64,000 nt of DNA, from positions 1,571 through 65,570 of the forward strand of contig JAOUHV010000009.1 in assembly GCA_029884425.1 (NCBI GenBank), given 5' to 3'. The notes beneath the pieces were generated by a model that searched no databases, was not told the DNA's origin, and saw nothing but the letters and a program-made list of their open reading frames with translations. Shown piece by piece: positions 34,841 to 43,896 of the stretch. The stretch's first letter is position 1, and each line of letters opens with the position of its first letter. The stretch is from Gammaproteobacteria bacterium. Its GTDB lineage: Bacteria > Pseudomonadota > Gammaproteobacteria > S012-40. A program made the position numbers and the translations under genes.

Positions 34841-34863
34841 AGCCGGATTTTCCGGCTTTTTTT
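34841..34863 (+). terminator. intrinsic terminator of metH
   Basis: AGCCGGAttttCCGGCT hairpin followed by a T7 run, 8 nt after the metH stop. Confidence 0.8.
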
Positions 34864-35029
34864 AGCTCCGTCACGGCAATGCCCCCTTAAAAACAGGTTT
34901 TTTACTGCGCTTTTTGCTATATAATTCCCCCCCTCGGTCCAGCGGTAATCAGGACCAAGGTACGAGCGACCATGGAGTGGTGGTATCAAGGACGAATCAT
35001 GGCTGCAAGGAAATAACAGAAGAAAAGCC

Positions 35030-36076
35030 ATGAACTCACAGCAAACACTTGAAGAGCTGCAGACACGGATCGACATTCTGCAGCAAGAAAACCAGACTCT
35101 ACGTCAGCTACTCAATCAGCAAAACACCTTTGATTCAAGCGTGTTCAGCTGCTACAACCAGCACATCACCCTGCCCTTTGCCATCCGCGCCGCCGGCCTG
35201 GGACTGTGGTCCATGGATTTGCAGCGCTGCGCCGTCAACTGGTCTGCCGAGCTATGCGACATCCTCGGACTGGAGCGCAGCGAATTTTTGCTCAGAAACG
35301 GCAACAACTTTACCCTTGAGCGATTTCTGGAGTACATCCATCCCGATGACCGCAACCGTGTCAGGAACGAGATCAACGACTGCCTGACCAAGCACACCAT
35401 GCTTAACAGCATCTTCCGCGTACTGCATTCAGCAGGACACAGCAAGTGGATCCACTGCATCGGTGATTGCGGTTTCGCCAGCGATGGCACACCAGAGCAC
35501 ATGAGCGGCTTTGTTTGGGATATCAGCGACCATAAGTCCAACGAAGAACAACTGCGCACCCTGACCATTACTGACGCCCTGACCGGCTTGTACAACCGCC
35601 GCCACCTCACCCAGGTGCTCGAAGAAGAATTGCGCTATTGCGCACGATTCCGCACCGAAGTATGCGCCGTTTGCATTGACATTGATCACTTCAAAAACAT
35701 CAACGACAACTTCGGCCATGAAATGGGCGACCGTTTCCTTCGCGCCCTGGCCGACCTGATGCGCCACACTTTCCGCAATGTGGATTCGCTGTTCCGCTGG
35801 GGCGGCGAAGAGTTTGTCGCCATTTTGCCCAATGCCAACATTCACGATGCCAAGCATGCCGCCGAAAGACTCTGCACGGCCTTTCATGCACTCCAGATTG
35901 ACGGAGCACGCACTACACTCAGTGCTGGCGTCGCCAGTTCGCGCCAACTCTCGACGCCCCTGGCAAACTACACCGAACTGCTGGAAATCTGTGACGAGGC
36001 GTTGTACGCGGCCAAAAATGCCGGCCGCAACCGTGTCGTCGCGGCCGTCCGCCAGACCGAGACCGCACAAATATAG
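35030..36076 (+). CDS. PAS-GGDEF diguanylate cyclase
   Basis: 348 aa. N-terminal coiled coil, a PAS domain, and a GGDEF domain with an intact active site (DALTGLYNRRH .. RWGGEEF). Confidence 0.8.
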   Translation: MNSQQTLEELQTRIDILQQENQTLRQLLNQQNTFDSSVFSCYNQHITLPFAIRAAGLGLWSMDLQRCAVNWSAELCDILGLERSEFLLRNGNNFTLERFLEYIHPDDRNRVRNEINDCLTKHTMLNSIFRVLHSAGHSKWIHCIGDCGFASDGTPEHMSGFVWDISDHKSNEEQLRTLTITDALTGLYNRRHLTQVLEEELRYCARFRTEVCAVCIDIDHFKNINDNFGHEMGDRFLRALADLMRHTFRNVDSLFRWGGEEFVAILPNANIHDAKHAAERLCTAFHALQIDGARTTLSAGVASSRQLSTPLANYTELLEICDEALYAAKNAGRNRVVAAVRQTETAQI

Positions 36077-36151
36077 ACTTCCGGCCATGTCATGACGGCT
36101 CACAATGCTGCGTTTCAGCCGTTTTTCGTCGCTACTGGGCGGCTTGACACT

Positions 36152-36694
36152 TCAGCCCTGCAAATCCAGCTTCTGACCCAACTGGGCTGGCGTGAGATCA
36201 TACTGCTTGGCCAGGTTTTGTAATTGCTGACGAATCGCTGCCAGCGACTGCGACAACCCATCCCCCGCCGTCGGACCGGCGGCATTTTGACCAATCAGAT
36301 CATTTAGGCCGACGTTTTGTCGCAGGTGCTGCAGATTCTTCTTCGCCCGCAACATATAAATCTGCGAGGACAAGTCCAGCATCCCGCCCAGTCCGCCCGA
36401 CAACGTCGATGACTTGTCGTTGGCCTGATTGAAGTTGAGATACTGCGCCCCATTTCTCAGTTGCTCAGCCCACACCTTCTCGATGCCATCGACATTGACC
36501 TGCATCAAGCCCGGCACGGCGTTGCCATCCATCTTTGGCGCAGAGTCCAGGGCTTGACCTGACTGCGGCGCAGTCGATGCCATGCTGGCCAGCAAATCTG
36601 CCTGAAATGAGCGCGTATAGGCGCTTGCCTGCTGCTTTTTGCCGTTGTCCGGCAGGGGAAGCTGATCTCCCCAGTGACGAATACCTTGAATCAT
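36152..36694 (-). CDS. hypothetical Gln/Gly/Leu-rich protein
   Basis: 180-aa low-complexity ORF with no recognisable domain. It is convergent with the diguanylate cyclase gene. Confidence 0.4.
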   Translation of the reverse strand: MIQGIRHWGDQLPLPDNGKKQQASAYTRSFQADLLASMASTAPQSGQALDSAPKMDGNAVPGLMQVNVDGIEKVWAEQLRNGAQYLNFNQANDKSSTLSGGLGGMLDLSSQIYMLRAKKNLQHLRQNVGLNDLIGQNAAGPTAGDGLSQSLAAIRQQLQNLAKQYDLTPAQLGQKLDLQG

Positions 36695-36863
36695 CAGTCA
36701 CCTCCGTAACTATCCGATTTCAGGTTTCGTGCCATCCCTATATAGAATTTTTATGCTTGAAATTCAATCAATTAACAGGCGCCCACCCCAGCCATTCCAA
36801 GGGCGGCAAACCCCGACCGGCAGAGCATTGCCATTGGCCATGATCTTTCCGCTGACCATAAAA

Positions 36864-36891
36864 CAAAAAAGCCGCCCAAAGGCGGCTTTTT
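36864..36891. terminator. bidirectional intrinsic terminator
   Basis: A7-GCCGCC-caaa-GGCGGC-T5. On the minus strand it terminates pbpG. Confidence 0.75.
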
Positions 36892-36907
36892 CATACCTGT
36901 AATCCAA

Positions 36908-37846
36908 TCAACCGGCACTGGCCAGCGTACCGTGGGCGCGAGCCACACGTTTTTCTGTGGACAGCAACCAATTCTTGATTCGGCTGGCATCGCCAAACTT
37001 AGACTGCTTACCCCAGGAATTTAGCAACACCACCGCAACCGGGCGATCGGCAATCATCGCGCTCATCACCAAACAATGGCCGGCGGGAACGATGTAGCCA
37101 GTCTTGCTAACTTCCACGTCCCAAGTCTTTTGTCTGACCAGACGATTGGTGTTAATGAATTCGATCTTCCAGTTGGAGCGTAAATCCGTCACGTGGCTCT
37201 TGGCTGTCACTGACGCCTCACGAATCAGCGGATAACGCTGCGACGCCTCAACCATTTTCACTAGGTCACGGGCAGTGGAAACGTTGTCATCATCCAGCCC
37301 GGTGGCGTCCGCGAAACGGGTATGCATCATCCCCAACTGCTTGGCTTTCTGGTTCATCGCCGCCACAAATCCCTTGATACCACCGGGGTAATTGCGTCCC
37401 AGCGCCGCCGCCGCACGATTTTCGCTCGCGACCAGAGAAATCAGCAACATGTCTTCACGTGTCAGGCGAGTTCCGAACGCCAGGCGAGAACGTGAACCAC
37501 GCAAGGTATCACGATCCGCACGGGTCACAATCAACTCTTCGTCCAACGGCAACCCGGCGTCCAACACGACCATTGCCGTCATCAATTTGGTCAACGAGGC
37601 CACAGGACGTTGAGCGTCAGCGTTGCGCTCAAACAGAACTTGGCCGTCTCGTAAATCGTAAATCACCGCAGCAGAGGAGCGCAGGTGTAATTTGCCAGGG
37701 TCAAGATGCAAGCGTAGTTCATCTGCAGTAATGTAGCTCTCATCATCCAACGCCAACACTGGCAGCGAAAGGGCGACGAGCACCATCAACAACAGGGAGG
37801 ACAATTTCTTGGATAGTTTTTTTGTTTGCATAATACGTCTTTGCAT
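36908..37846 (-). CDS. pbpG: D-alanyl-D-alanine endopeptidase (PBP7/PbpG-like class C low-molecular-weight PBP)
   Basis: 312 aa. Signal peptide, SxxK (ASLTKLMT), SxN (SEN) and KTG motifs. Confidence 0.75.
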   Translation of the reverse strand: MQRRIMQTKKLSKKLSSLLLMVLVALSLPVLALDDESYITADELRLHLDPGKLHLRSSAAVIYDLRDGQVLFERNADAQRPVASLTKLMTAMVVLDAGLPLDEELIVTRADRDTLRGSRSRLAFGTRLTREDMLLISLVASENRAAAALGRNYPGGIKGFVAAMNQKAKQLGMMHTRFADATGLDDDNVSTARDLVKMVEASQRYPLIREASVTAKSHVTDLRSNWKIEFINTNRLVRQKTWDVEVSKTGYIVPAGHCLVMSAMIADRPVAVVLLNSWGKQSKFGDASRIKNWLLSTEKRVARAHGTLASAG

Positions 37847-37926
37847 CTGTGTTCGTTAAATAAACGCGGCATAAATTCTGTAAAATCAAAATTATAGCCG
37901 GACATTCCAATCAATGCAGTTATAAA

Positions 37927-39039
37927 TTAACCCGGGACTGGAAGCATAACCAATAACTCGGTGCCATGCACATCATCCGTCACCATCGAAATGTCCCCGT
38001 TTTGTACCAGAGCACTCAATCGCGCCGAATATGTTCCCAGTCCGGTGCCACCTTTTTTCCCTGCCGTAGAGAATTTCTCGAAGAAACACCCCCTCAGCAC
38101 CTCAGGCACCACCCCCTGATTGTGGATACGAACATGCGCCCTACCCCCAACCAGGTCCAGATCAACCTGCACTCCCCCTCCTTCCGGGGACGCTTCCATC
38201 GCGTTCTTCAACAGGTTGGAGAATATGATCTGACACAACATCTCCTCCCCGTATACCTTAAATTCGTCATTTCTTGTAATAACTTTACCCCTGCACAGCA
38301 AATTTACTGTCAGCTTCTTTTCCCGCACATAACGCTGCATCTCGCCAAGGACTGAAAACAGCACCCCCACCAGGTTCACCTGCTCAGGATTTAACCGATA
38401 TTTGCCCATTTCCAGCTTATACATATCCAGTGAGCGGTTAATCATGTTTAACATTCGATAACCTGCGCTGCGTATCTCATTCAGCGCATCTGCCTGGGAA
38501 TCACTCAGCCCTCCCTCCAGCATCAAAATATCCGGATAGGCCAAAATCACGTTGAGCGGACTTTTCAGGTCATGCCGGGTCATTACCTCGACCTGATCAC
38601 GCAATGCTGCCGACTCTTTCAGTCGCTGATTATTCCTTTCCAGCTCCCTCTGAACATCATATAACCGCAGATAATTTCGCACTCGGGCCCGAACAATGGC
38701 CGACTTGACCGGCTTGACCAAGTAATCGATACCACCCGCCAACAAGCCCGTCTCTTCGTCATTTTCATCCGTCAGCGAGGAAACAAACACCACCGGAATA
38801 TCCTTGGTTTGTGGGTTGCGCTTAAGTTCGGCGCAAACTTCGTAGCCACTCATTTCCGGCATCACCACATCCAGCAAAATCAAATCCGGCTGCGGCGTTT
38901 TAGCAGCAAGACTCAGCGCTTTCTGCCCATCCGTCGCAGCGACAATATTGTATTCGTTGCGCAGCACCGAAATAAGCACCTGTATATTGGTGGGAACGTC
39001 ATCGACAATAAGAATCGTTTTACGAGCTTGGTCAGTCAT
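37927..39039 (-). CDS. response-regulator receiver fused to histidine kinase core (REC-HisKA-HATPase)
   Basis: 370 aa. REC domain with a phospho-acceptor Asp in DLILLDVVMPEMSG, then HisKA (H in TRHDLKSPLN) and HATPase_c. No sensor or output domain. Starts 1 nt after the hybrid kinase stop. Confidence 0.8.
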   Translation of the reverse strand: MTDQARKTILIVDDVPTNIQVLISVLRNEYNIVAATDGQKALSLAAKTPQPDLILLDVVMPEMSGYEVCAELKRNPQTKDIPVVFVSSLTDENDEETGLLAGGIDYLVKPVKSAIVRARVRNYLRLYDVQRELERNNQRLKESAALRDQVEVMTRHDLKSPLNVILAYPDILMLEGGLSDSQADALNEIRSAGYRMLNMINRSLDMYKLEMGKYRLNPEQVNLVGVLFSVLGEMQRYVREKKLTVNLLCRGKVITRNDEFKVYGEEMLCQIIFSNLLKNAMEASPEGGGVQVDLDLVGGRAHVRIHNQGVVPEVLRGCFFEKFSTAGKKGGTGLGTYSARLSALVQNGDISMVTDDVHGTELLVMLPVPG

Positions 39040-42000
39040 CTAAGATTCCAGACTACGTTTCAAATTCAGCAATTGTTTCCGTAAACCTTCACTATCAAAT
39101 TCCATCTGGCGGACAACACACAAATTATAGGCGGCGAAATATCTGCTGCCCTTTAGCAAATAGCCGACACCATTGAGCTTTTCTTCAACAGCGACGACAT
39201 CCTTGTCTATTACCCGCTCAATTTCTGCGATCATTTCCCTGACCTTATTCCTATCACCTTCTGCTAACTCAGCAGAATGCTCGGCATCCGACGATCGCTG
39301 CAGACTTTTCAACCCCAAGAGCACCCTTTCCAGCTCCAGATCAAATCGCCCGATCACCTCCGGCAACCCTACCTGATCTGAGCCGATTGCTTTTTCCAGC
39401 ATCGCTGCTGCCACAAACAAACTTGTCATTCCCAAATTACCGGCCACGCCTTTCACGTTATGCACTATACCCTTGGCCTCGCTATATCGCCCACGTTCAA
39501 TAAGCGAGTTTATTTCACTCATAACATTCACATGATGAGCAAAAAACTGCGCTAACAACCGACGATATAACGCTGCATTGTTTGCCACATTGGCCAAACC
39601 AGCAGCGTAATCCATCCCTGGCAACTCAATAATTTCGTCGTCATCGCCGCCATCCGTAACGTTTGGCGCAGCATCATCACCATACGACCGTTCTGGCAAC
39701 CACGCTTCAAGTACCGCATATAATTCAGCCGCAACAATCGGCTTGGTCACATGTTCGCACATACCCGCAGCCAACGATTTATCTTTATCGCCATCCATCG
39801 CATGCGCTGTCATCGCCACAATCGGGATATGGCAATATTCAGACTGATCCAGAATATATCTGGCAGCATCAAGCCCGGAAACCTGGGGCATTTGAATATC
39901 CATCAAAATTAAATCTATTTCGTGTTGACGCAGAGATTCATACGCGACCAGTGCAGAATCCGCCAAAAACACATTCGCCCCCTTGGTTCGCAACAACTCT
40001 TCTGCTACCTGCAGATTTATCGAATTATCATCAACAACCAATATTCTAGAACCTCGAATATTTGGATAGTCTTTTTCTTCACGCACAGGAAACTTGTAAT
40101 CTCTTATCGCTTGCCTTTGAATTTTGGCAACTCCAAATAATGCTAAGTTCAAAGATGCATACAGGGAATTAGGGGTATATGGTTTTACCAGCACACCATT
40201 GGCTCCGGATACCAAGCATTTGTCGCGCAATCGATCATCGCCATATGGGACAGTCACCAATATCTTTGACTCTGCAGATTTCTCACCAGCTCTGGCGCGT
40301 AATTTATTAACAATCGGGATTCCCTGCTTTTCCACGTCAACAACATCAACCAAAATTAAGACATGACTTTCCAAGTCCAAAATATTTAATTCGTTTACAT
40401 CACTGACTACATCGCAACCAACACCAAGTCGCCGAAGTGCTTTGCGCATAATCTCTGCGGAAGACTGCTGATAGCTAATCAGCAACACCCTCTGTCCAGC
40501 CATATGTGCAGTTTTGTCTTCTGACTCATCAGATTGCACGTCGACATCCAGCCTTACTGGAATATCGACTTTAAATATTGAACCTTCTCCCGACTTACTA
40601 TCCACCGAAATCGTTCCGCCCATCAATTCAACCAGGCTTTTACTAATCGCCAGCCCCAACCCCGTCCCTCCAAACCGACGAGATATTGAACCATCAACCT
40701 GAGTAAAACTCTTGAACAATTTCCCAGTTTCCATGTCACTCATACCAATGCCTGTATCACTGACGGAAAACGTCATCCAACACTCCCCATCTGCACATCC
40801 ATGCTGCGATACAGACAGAATCACCTCTCCTTTCTCGGTAAACTTTATCGCATTATTGATAAGATTAATCAGCACCTGTTTGAGCCGGAGAGAGTCAACA
40901 TAAATAACCCTTGGAACATCTGGACTAACATCTAAAAGAAACTCGATCTCTTTGCCTTTCAGCTTAAACACCGACAACATAACCAGCTCATCAAAAAACT
41001 CGTCGAGACTGCATTGATGCTCATCCAACTCCATTTTGGACGCCTCTATTTTTGAGAAATCCAGCACATCATCTAGAAGTGTCAATAAATTCTTTCCTGA
41101 AACCTCAATTTTGTTCAGATAATCCTTGATTCGCGAAGATGCATCCCCCTCTTTGGCTAAATACGCCAGATTAATAACAGCATTTAGCGGCGTTCTTATC
41201 TCATGACTTATATTCGCCAAAAACTCCGACTTTGCCTGCGTTGCTTTTTCAGCGACTTCTTTGGCCCTGATCAATTCAATTTCAACCTGTTTGCGCTCGG
41301 TGATATCCTTCGACACCCCCATCAGCATACTCATCTGACCATCGTTGGACGCCCCAAACAACGCAACAGTTTCCAAATATCTGATTTCACCGGAGGGTCG
41401 AATAATTCGGTGCTCAACACGAAAAGGGGTCTCGTTGAGAATGCTCGATTGCAAGGCATCTGCCAGCAGGTCCGCGTCATTCGGATGTATTCTTTGCATA
41501 ATTTCTTCAAAAGTCACCGTCCACGACTGCCGCTTTAAACCAAAAATACGGTACATCTCATCAGACCACTGCAACTCATTGGTCACAACATTAAGCAACC
41601 AGCTCCCCACATGACCAATTCTCTGCGCTTGCGCCAACTGATACTCACGATTTTTTAATTGCTCTTTTGTATCGCTGACACTATCCAGCATGGAATTTAG
41701 CCCGGCGGAAATCGTGGCAAGTTCATCCTGTCCAGCCAGATCAGATCGAGTTCGCTCTTCGCCATTTTCTATACGCCGCAGCGTTCCCAGCAGCGCCTCC
41801 ACCCTCCTGGTAAAAACATAATGAAAAACAAACATCAACAACACCAATGCCAGCACTGTCCCCATCAAATGTTCCAGCACCTGCTGCAATGCCAGTTTAT
41901 TTGCTCCCTTAAGCTGCTTGGAAATATCTATTTGATGAATGAGCACACCGCACTGTGCTTTCAGTGCAACATTACTCGCCAGTTCGCCGCTACAGACGCG

Positions 42001-42435
42001 AACATATCCCACCATGCCATTTTTATTGCCTTGAACGAGCTCTTCAACGACAGCGATTTGTTGACCGCTCAAAATTGACAAAACAACATTTTCATCAAAG
42101 CGTTGATCAATGACTCTCCATTGACTCCCAACATACGCCAGCCGGGTTGAGGAAATGATGGCGCCACTTGCATCGGTCAAAATACTGATATCGTGACCTT
42201 CTTTCGTTGCCAGCGAAGCGATATACAGTTTTATTGCTCCCAAGTCTCCTGTTCTCAGCAATACTTCGGTTGCTTCCTGTATGGAGCTCAAATTTGATCG
42301 CAAATCATTCAGCGCCGCCTGTCTTATTTGGCTTGAGGCACTTTCAACAGCACGTAGATAATTAAATACGCCCGCAATAATTGCCAGCAACAGCATCGTA
42401 ATGGGAATGAAGTGTTTTATTTTTAACTGATACAC
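39040..42435 (-). CDS. hybrid sensor histidine kinase (periplasmic sensor-HAMP-PAS-HisKA-HATPase-REC-REC-Hpt)
   Basis: 1131 aa. Two TM helices bracket a ~170-aa periplasmic region. Then HAMP, a PAS domain, HisKA (ISHEIRTPLNAVINLAYL), HATPase_c, one degenerate and one intact receiver (ILVVDDNSINL..DLILMDIQMP) and a C-terminal Hpt (HNVKGVAGNLGM). Confidence 0.85.
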   Translation of the reverse strand: MYQLKIKHFIPITMLLLAIIAGVFNYLRAVESASSQIRQAALNDLRSNLSSIQEATEVLLRTGDLGAIKLYIASLATKEGHDISILTDASGAIISSTRLAYVGSQWRVIDQRFDENVVLSILSGQQIAVVEELVQGNKNGMVGYVRVCSGELASNVALKAQCGVLIHQIDISKQLKGANKLALQQVLEHLMGTVLALVLLMFVFHYVFTRRVEALLGTLRRIENGEERTRSDLAGQDELATISAGLNSMLDSVSDTKEQLKNREYQLAQAQRIGHVGSWLLNVVTNELQWSDEMYRIFGLKRQSWTVTFEEIMQRIHPNDADLLADALQSSILNETPFRVEHRIIRPSGEIRYLETVALFGASNDGQMSMLMGVSKDITERKQVEIELIRAKEVAEKATQAKSEFLANISHEIRTPLNAVINLAYLAKEGDASSRIKDYLNKIEVSGKNLLTLLDDVLDFSKIEASKMELDEHQCSLDEFFDELVMLSVFKLKGKEIEFLLDVSPDVPRVIYVDSLRLKQVLINLINNAIKFTEKGEVILSVSQHGCADGECWMTFSVSDTGIGMSDMETGKLFKSFTQVDGSISRRFGGTGLGLAISKSLVELMGGTISVDSKSGEGSIFKVDIPVRLDVDVQSDESEDKTAHMAGQRVLLISYQQSSAEIMRKALRRLGVGCDVVSDVNELNILDLESHVLILVDVVDVEKQGIPIVNKLRARAGEKSAESKILVTVPYGDDRLRDKCLVSGANGVLVKPYTPNSLYASLNLALFGVAKIQRQAIRDYKFPVREEKDYPNIRGSRILVVDDNSINLQVAEELLRTKGANVFLADSALVAYESLRQHEIDLILMDIQMPQVSGLDAARYILDQSEYCHIPIVAMTAHAMDGDKDKSLAAGMCEHVTKPIVAAELYAVLEAWLPERSYGDDAAPNVTDGGDDDEIIELPGMDYAAGLANVANNAALYRRLLAQFFAHHVNVMSEINSLIERGRYSEAKGIVHNVKGVAGNLGMTSLFVAAAMLEKAIGSDQVGLPEVIGRFDLELERVLLGLKSLQRSSDAEHSAELAEGDRNKVREMIAEIERVIDKDVVAVEEKLNGVGYLLKGSRYFAAYNLCVVRQMEFDSEGLRKQLLNLKRSLES

Positions 42436-42442
42436 TGGAAAA

Positions 42443-43387
42443 TCACTTCACGTAGTCGTTATTCAACAACTGCACAGGATCAAAATTTGTCTTTAACAAA
42501 TCATGATTACGCATCGTTTTTGCCAAACCACGCAAACTTTCATACAAATGGCTATCATCACCACTCAACAGCGCATTGGTGCGCTTCCTGTCAGGCAAGA
42601 TCATGCCATCAAAACTGGCCAATACTGCTGCCTCGCCAACATGCATTCGCTCGTTGATAATCCGAGCTGCCCCCACCTTATCGGAGTCAAATGTGGCCAA
42701 TGATAGGTACCATCCATCAACCAAATCTTTCACCACTTCAGGATGTGTCGCTAAATATTTTTCTGTCACCACCAGCACATCGACAATTTCACCCGGAATA
42801 TCTGCCGAAGAAAATATTTGCGCCGCACCATTTCTGATCAGTTTGGTCTTTGCTGGCTCGTATGTCACTACAGCATCAATACCGCCATCGGTAAACACTG
42901 TCTCGTGCATGGTACTACTCAGCCGCACGCTTCTTATATCCGCCAAACTCAATCCATTTATTTCCAGCGCACGTGCCAGCAGATACTGAGCCAACACCGA
43001 GCCCTCGTTCGCCACCCTTTTGCCCTTCAGGTCTTTCACACTACGAATACCTTGGCGCGCGAGGATAACGTCACCGCCTTCCGAAATATTTATCACCAAC
43101 ACGACTTTAATAGGTACGCCAACCTCTTTGATCTTAAGCACCTCATCCATGGTCAGTGTGGCTGCCTGAACAGAGCCATTGATCAAGGCACGCACCGCCC
43201 CCGCCGGGACGGGATACTCCACAAAGGTAATTTCTGAATTATTAAAATGGCCATGGCGTTTGCCCAAAAATAGCGGCTCATAGCCAGGCCACAGAGAGGT
43301 CCCCACTTTCAGCGTTTCCACCGATTCGCCCTCGCAACCGGTCAGCAGCACTGCGAATACAATCACGAGTTTGTACAGTCGCCCCAT
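42443..43387 (-). CDS. periplasmic solute-binding lipoprotein (NMT1/SsuA/TauA-like)
   Basis: 314 aa. Lipobox LLTGC and a type-II periplasmic binding fold resembling sulfonate/nitrate-family binding proteins. First gene of a three-gene minus-strand operon with the two kinases. Confidence 0.7.
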   Translation of the reverse strand: MGRLYKLVIVFAVLLTGCEGESVETLKVGTSLWPGYEPLFLGKRHGHFNNSEITFVEYPVPAGAVRALINGSVQAATLTMDEVLKIKEVGVPIKVVLVINISEGGDVILARQGIRSVKDLKGKRVANEGSVLAQYLLARALEINGLSLADIRSVRLSSTMHETVFTDGGIDAVVTYEPAKTKLIRNGAAQIFSSADIPGEIVDVLVVTEKYLATHPEVVKDLVDGWYLSLATFDSDKVGAARIINERMHVGEAAVLASFDGMILPDRKRTNALLSGDDSHLYESLRGLAKTMRNHDLLKTNFDPVQLLNNDYVK

Positions 43388-43606
43388 GCCCCATCTCCTT
43401 GGTTTTTCCGGTCTTCTCTTCTGTCTTCCATCACTGATCAGCTTCCACCGATTTGCTGCATATATGGCTCCAGAATCCCACTCTCTGGCCCAAACAGTTC
43501 ACAATATCTTAATCTAAGCAAAACACTAGGGTATTTTTTTTCGGCACAATTTTCTGTATAGTAGACGTTTCAGATATTGACCCCATATCCAAAGAGGAAG
43601 TACCCA

Positions 43607-43744
43607 AATGAACGTTGACCAACACTTGAAAGTAGCCCAGTGGCACATCGAGCAGGCTCGCCTGCACGCAACCAAACAACACTCTTGCGGCTGCCCAATT
43701 AGCCCAGAGTACCAGCGCATCATCGACGAAGTCGAGAGCGGTAA
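43607..43744 (+). CDS. small hypothetical protein (45 aa, C-x-C)
   Basis: ATG preceded by AGAGGA at a 9-nt spacing. Encodes MNVDQHLKVAQWHIEQARLHATKQHSCGCPISPEYQRIIDEVESG. Tandem intrinsic terminators follow. It is below the ORF-track size cutoff. Confidence 0.3.
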
Positions 43745-43796
43745 GATTATGGAAGAGCTGGTTTGCAAAACCGGTAAGTAATCGCCTTCCACTGGC

Positions 43797-43829
43797 TGAA
43801 AAAAACCGCTCCAATGAGCGGTTTTTTTT
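43797..43829. terminator. intrinsic terminator (bidirectional)
   Basis: A-run, CCGCTC-caat-GAGCGG, then T8. Confidence 0.7.
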
Positions 43830-43844
43830 CGCCTGAGTTTAGGC

Positions 43845-43877
43845 CAAAAAAAAGCCCGCAACTATGCGGGCTTTTTT
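43845..43877. terminator. intrinsic terminator (bidirectional; terminates the EF-G paralogue on the minus strand)
   Basis: A8-GCCCGCA-acta-TGCGGGC-T6, 20 nt beyond the fusA-like stop at 43897. Confidence 0.75.
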
Positions 43878-43896
43878 CTCAAACGGGAAGCAAACG

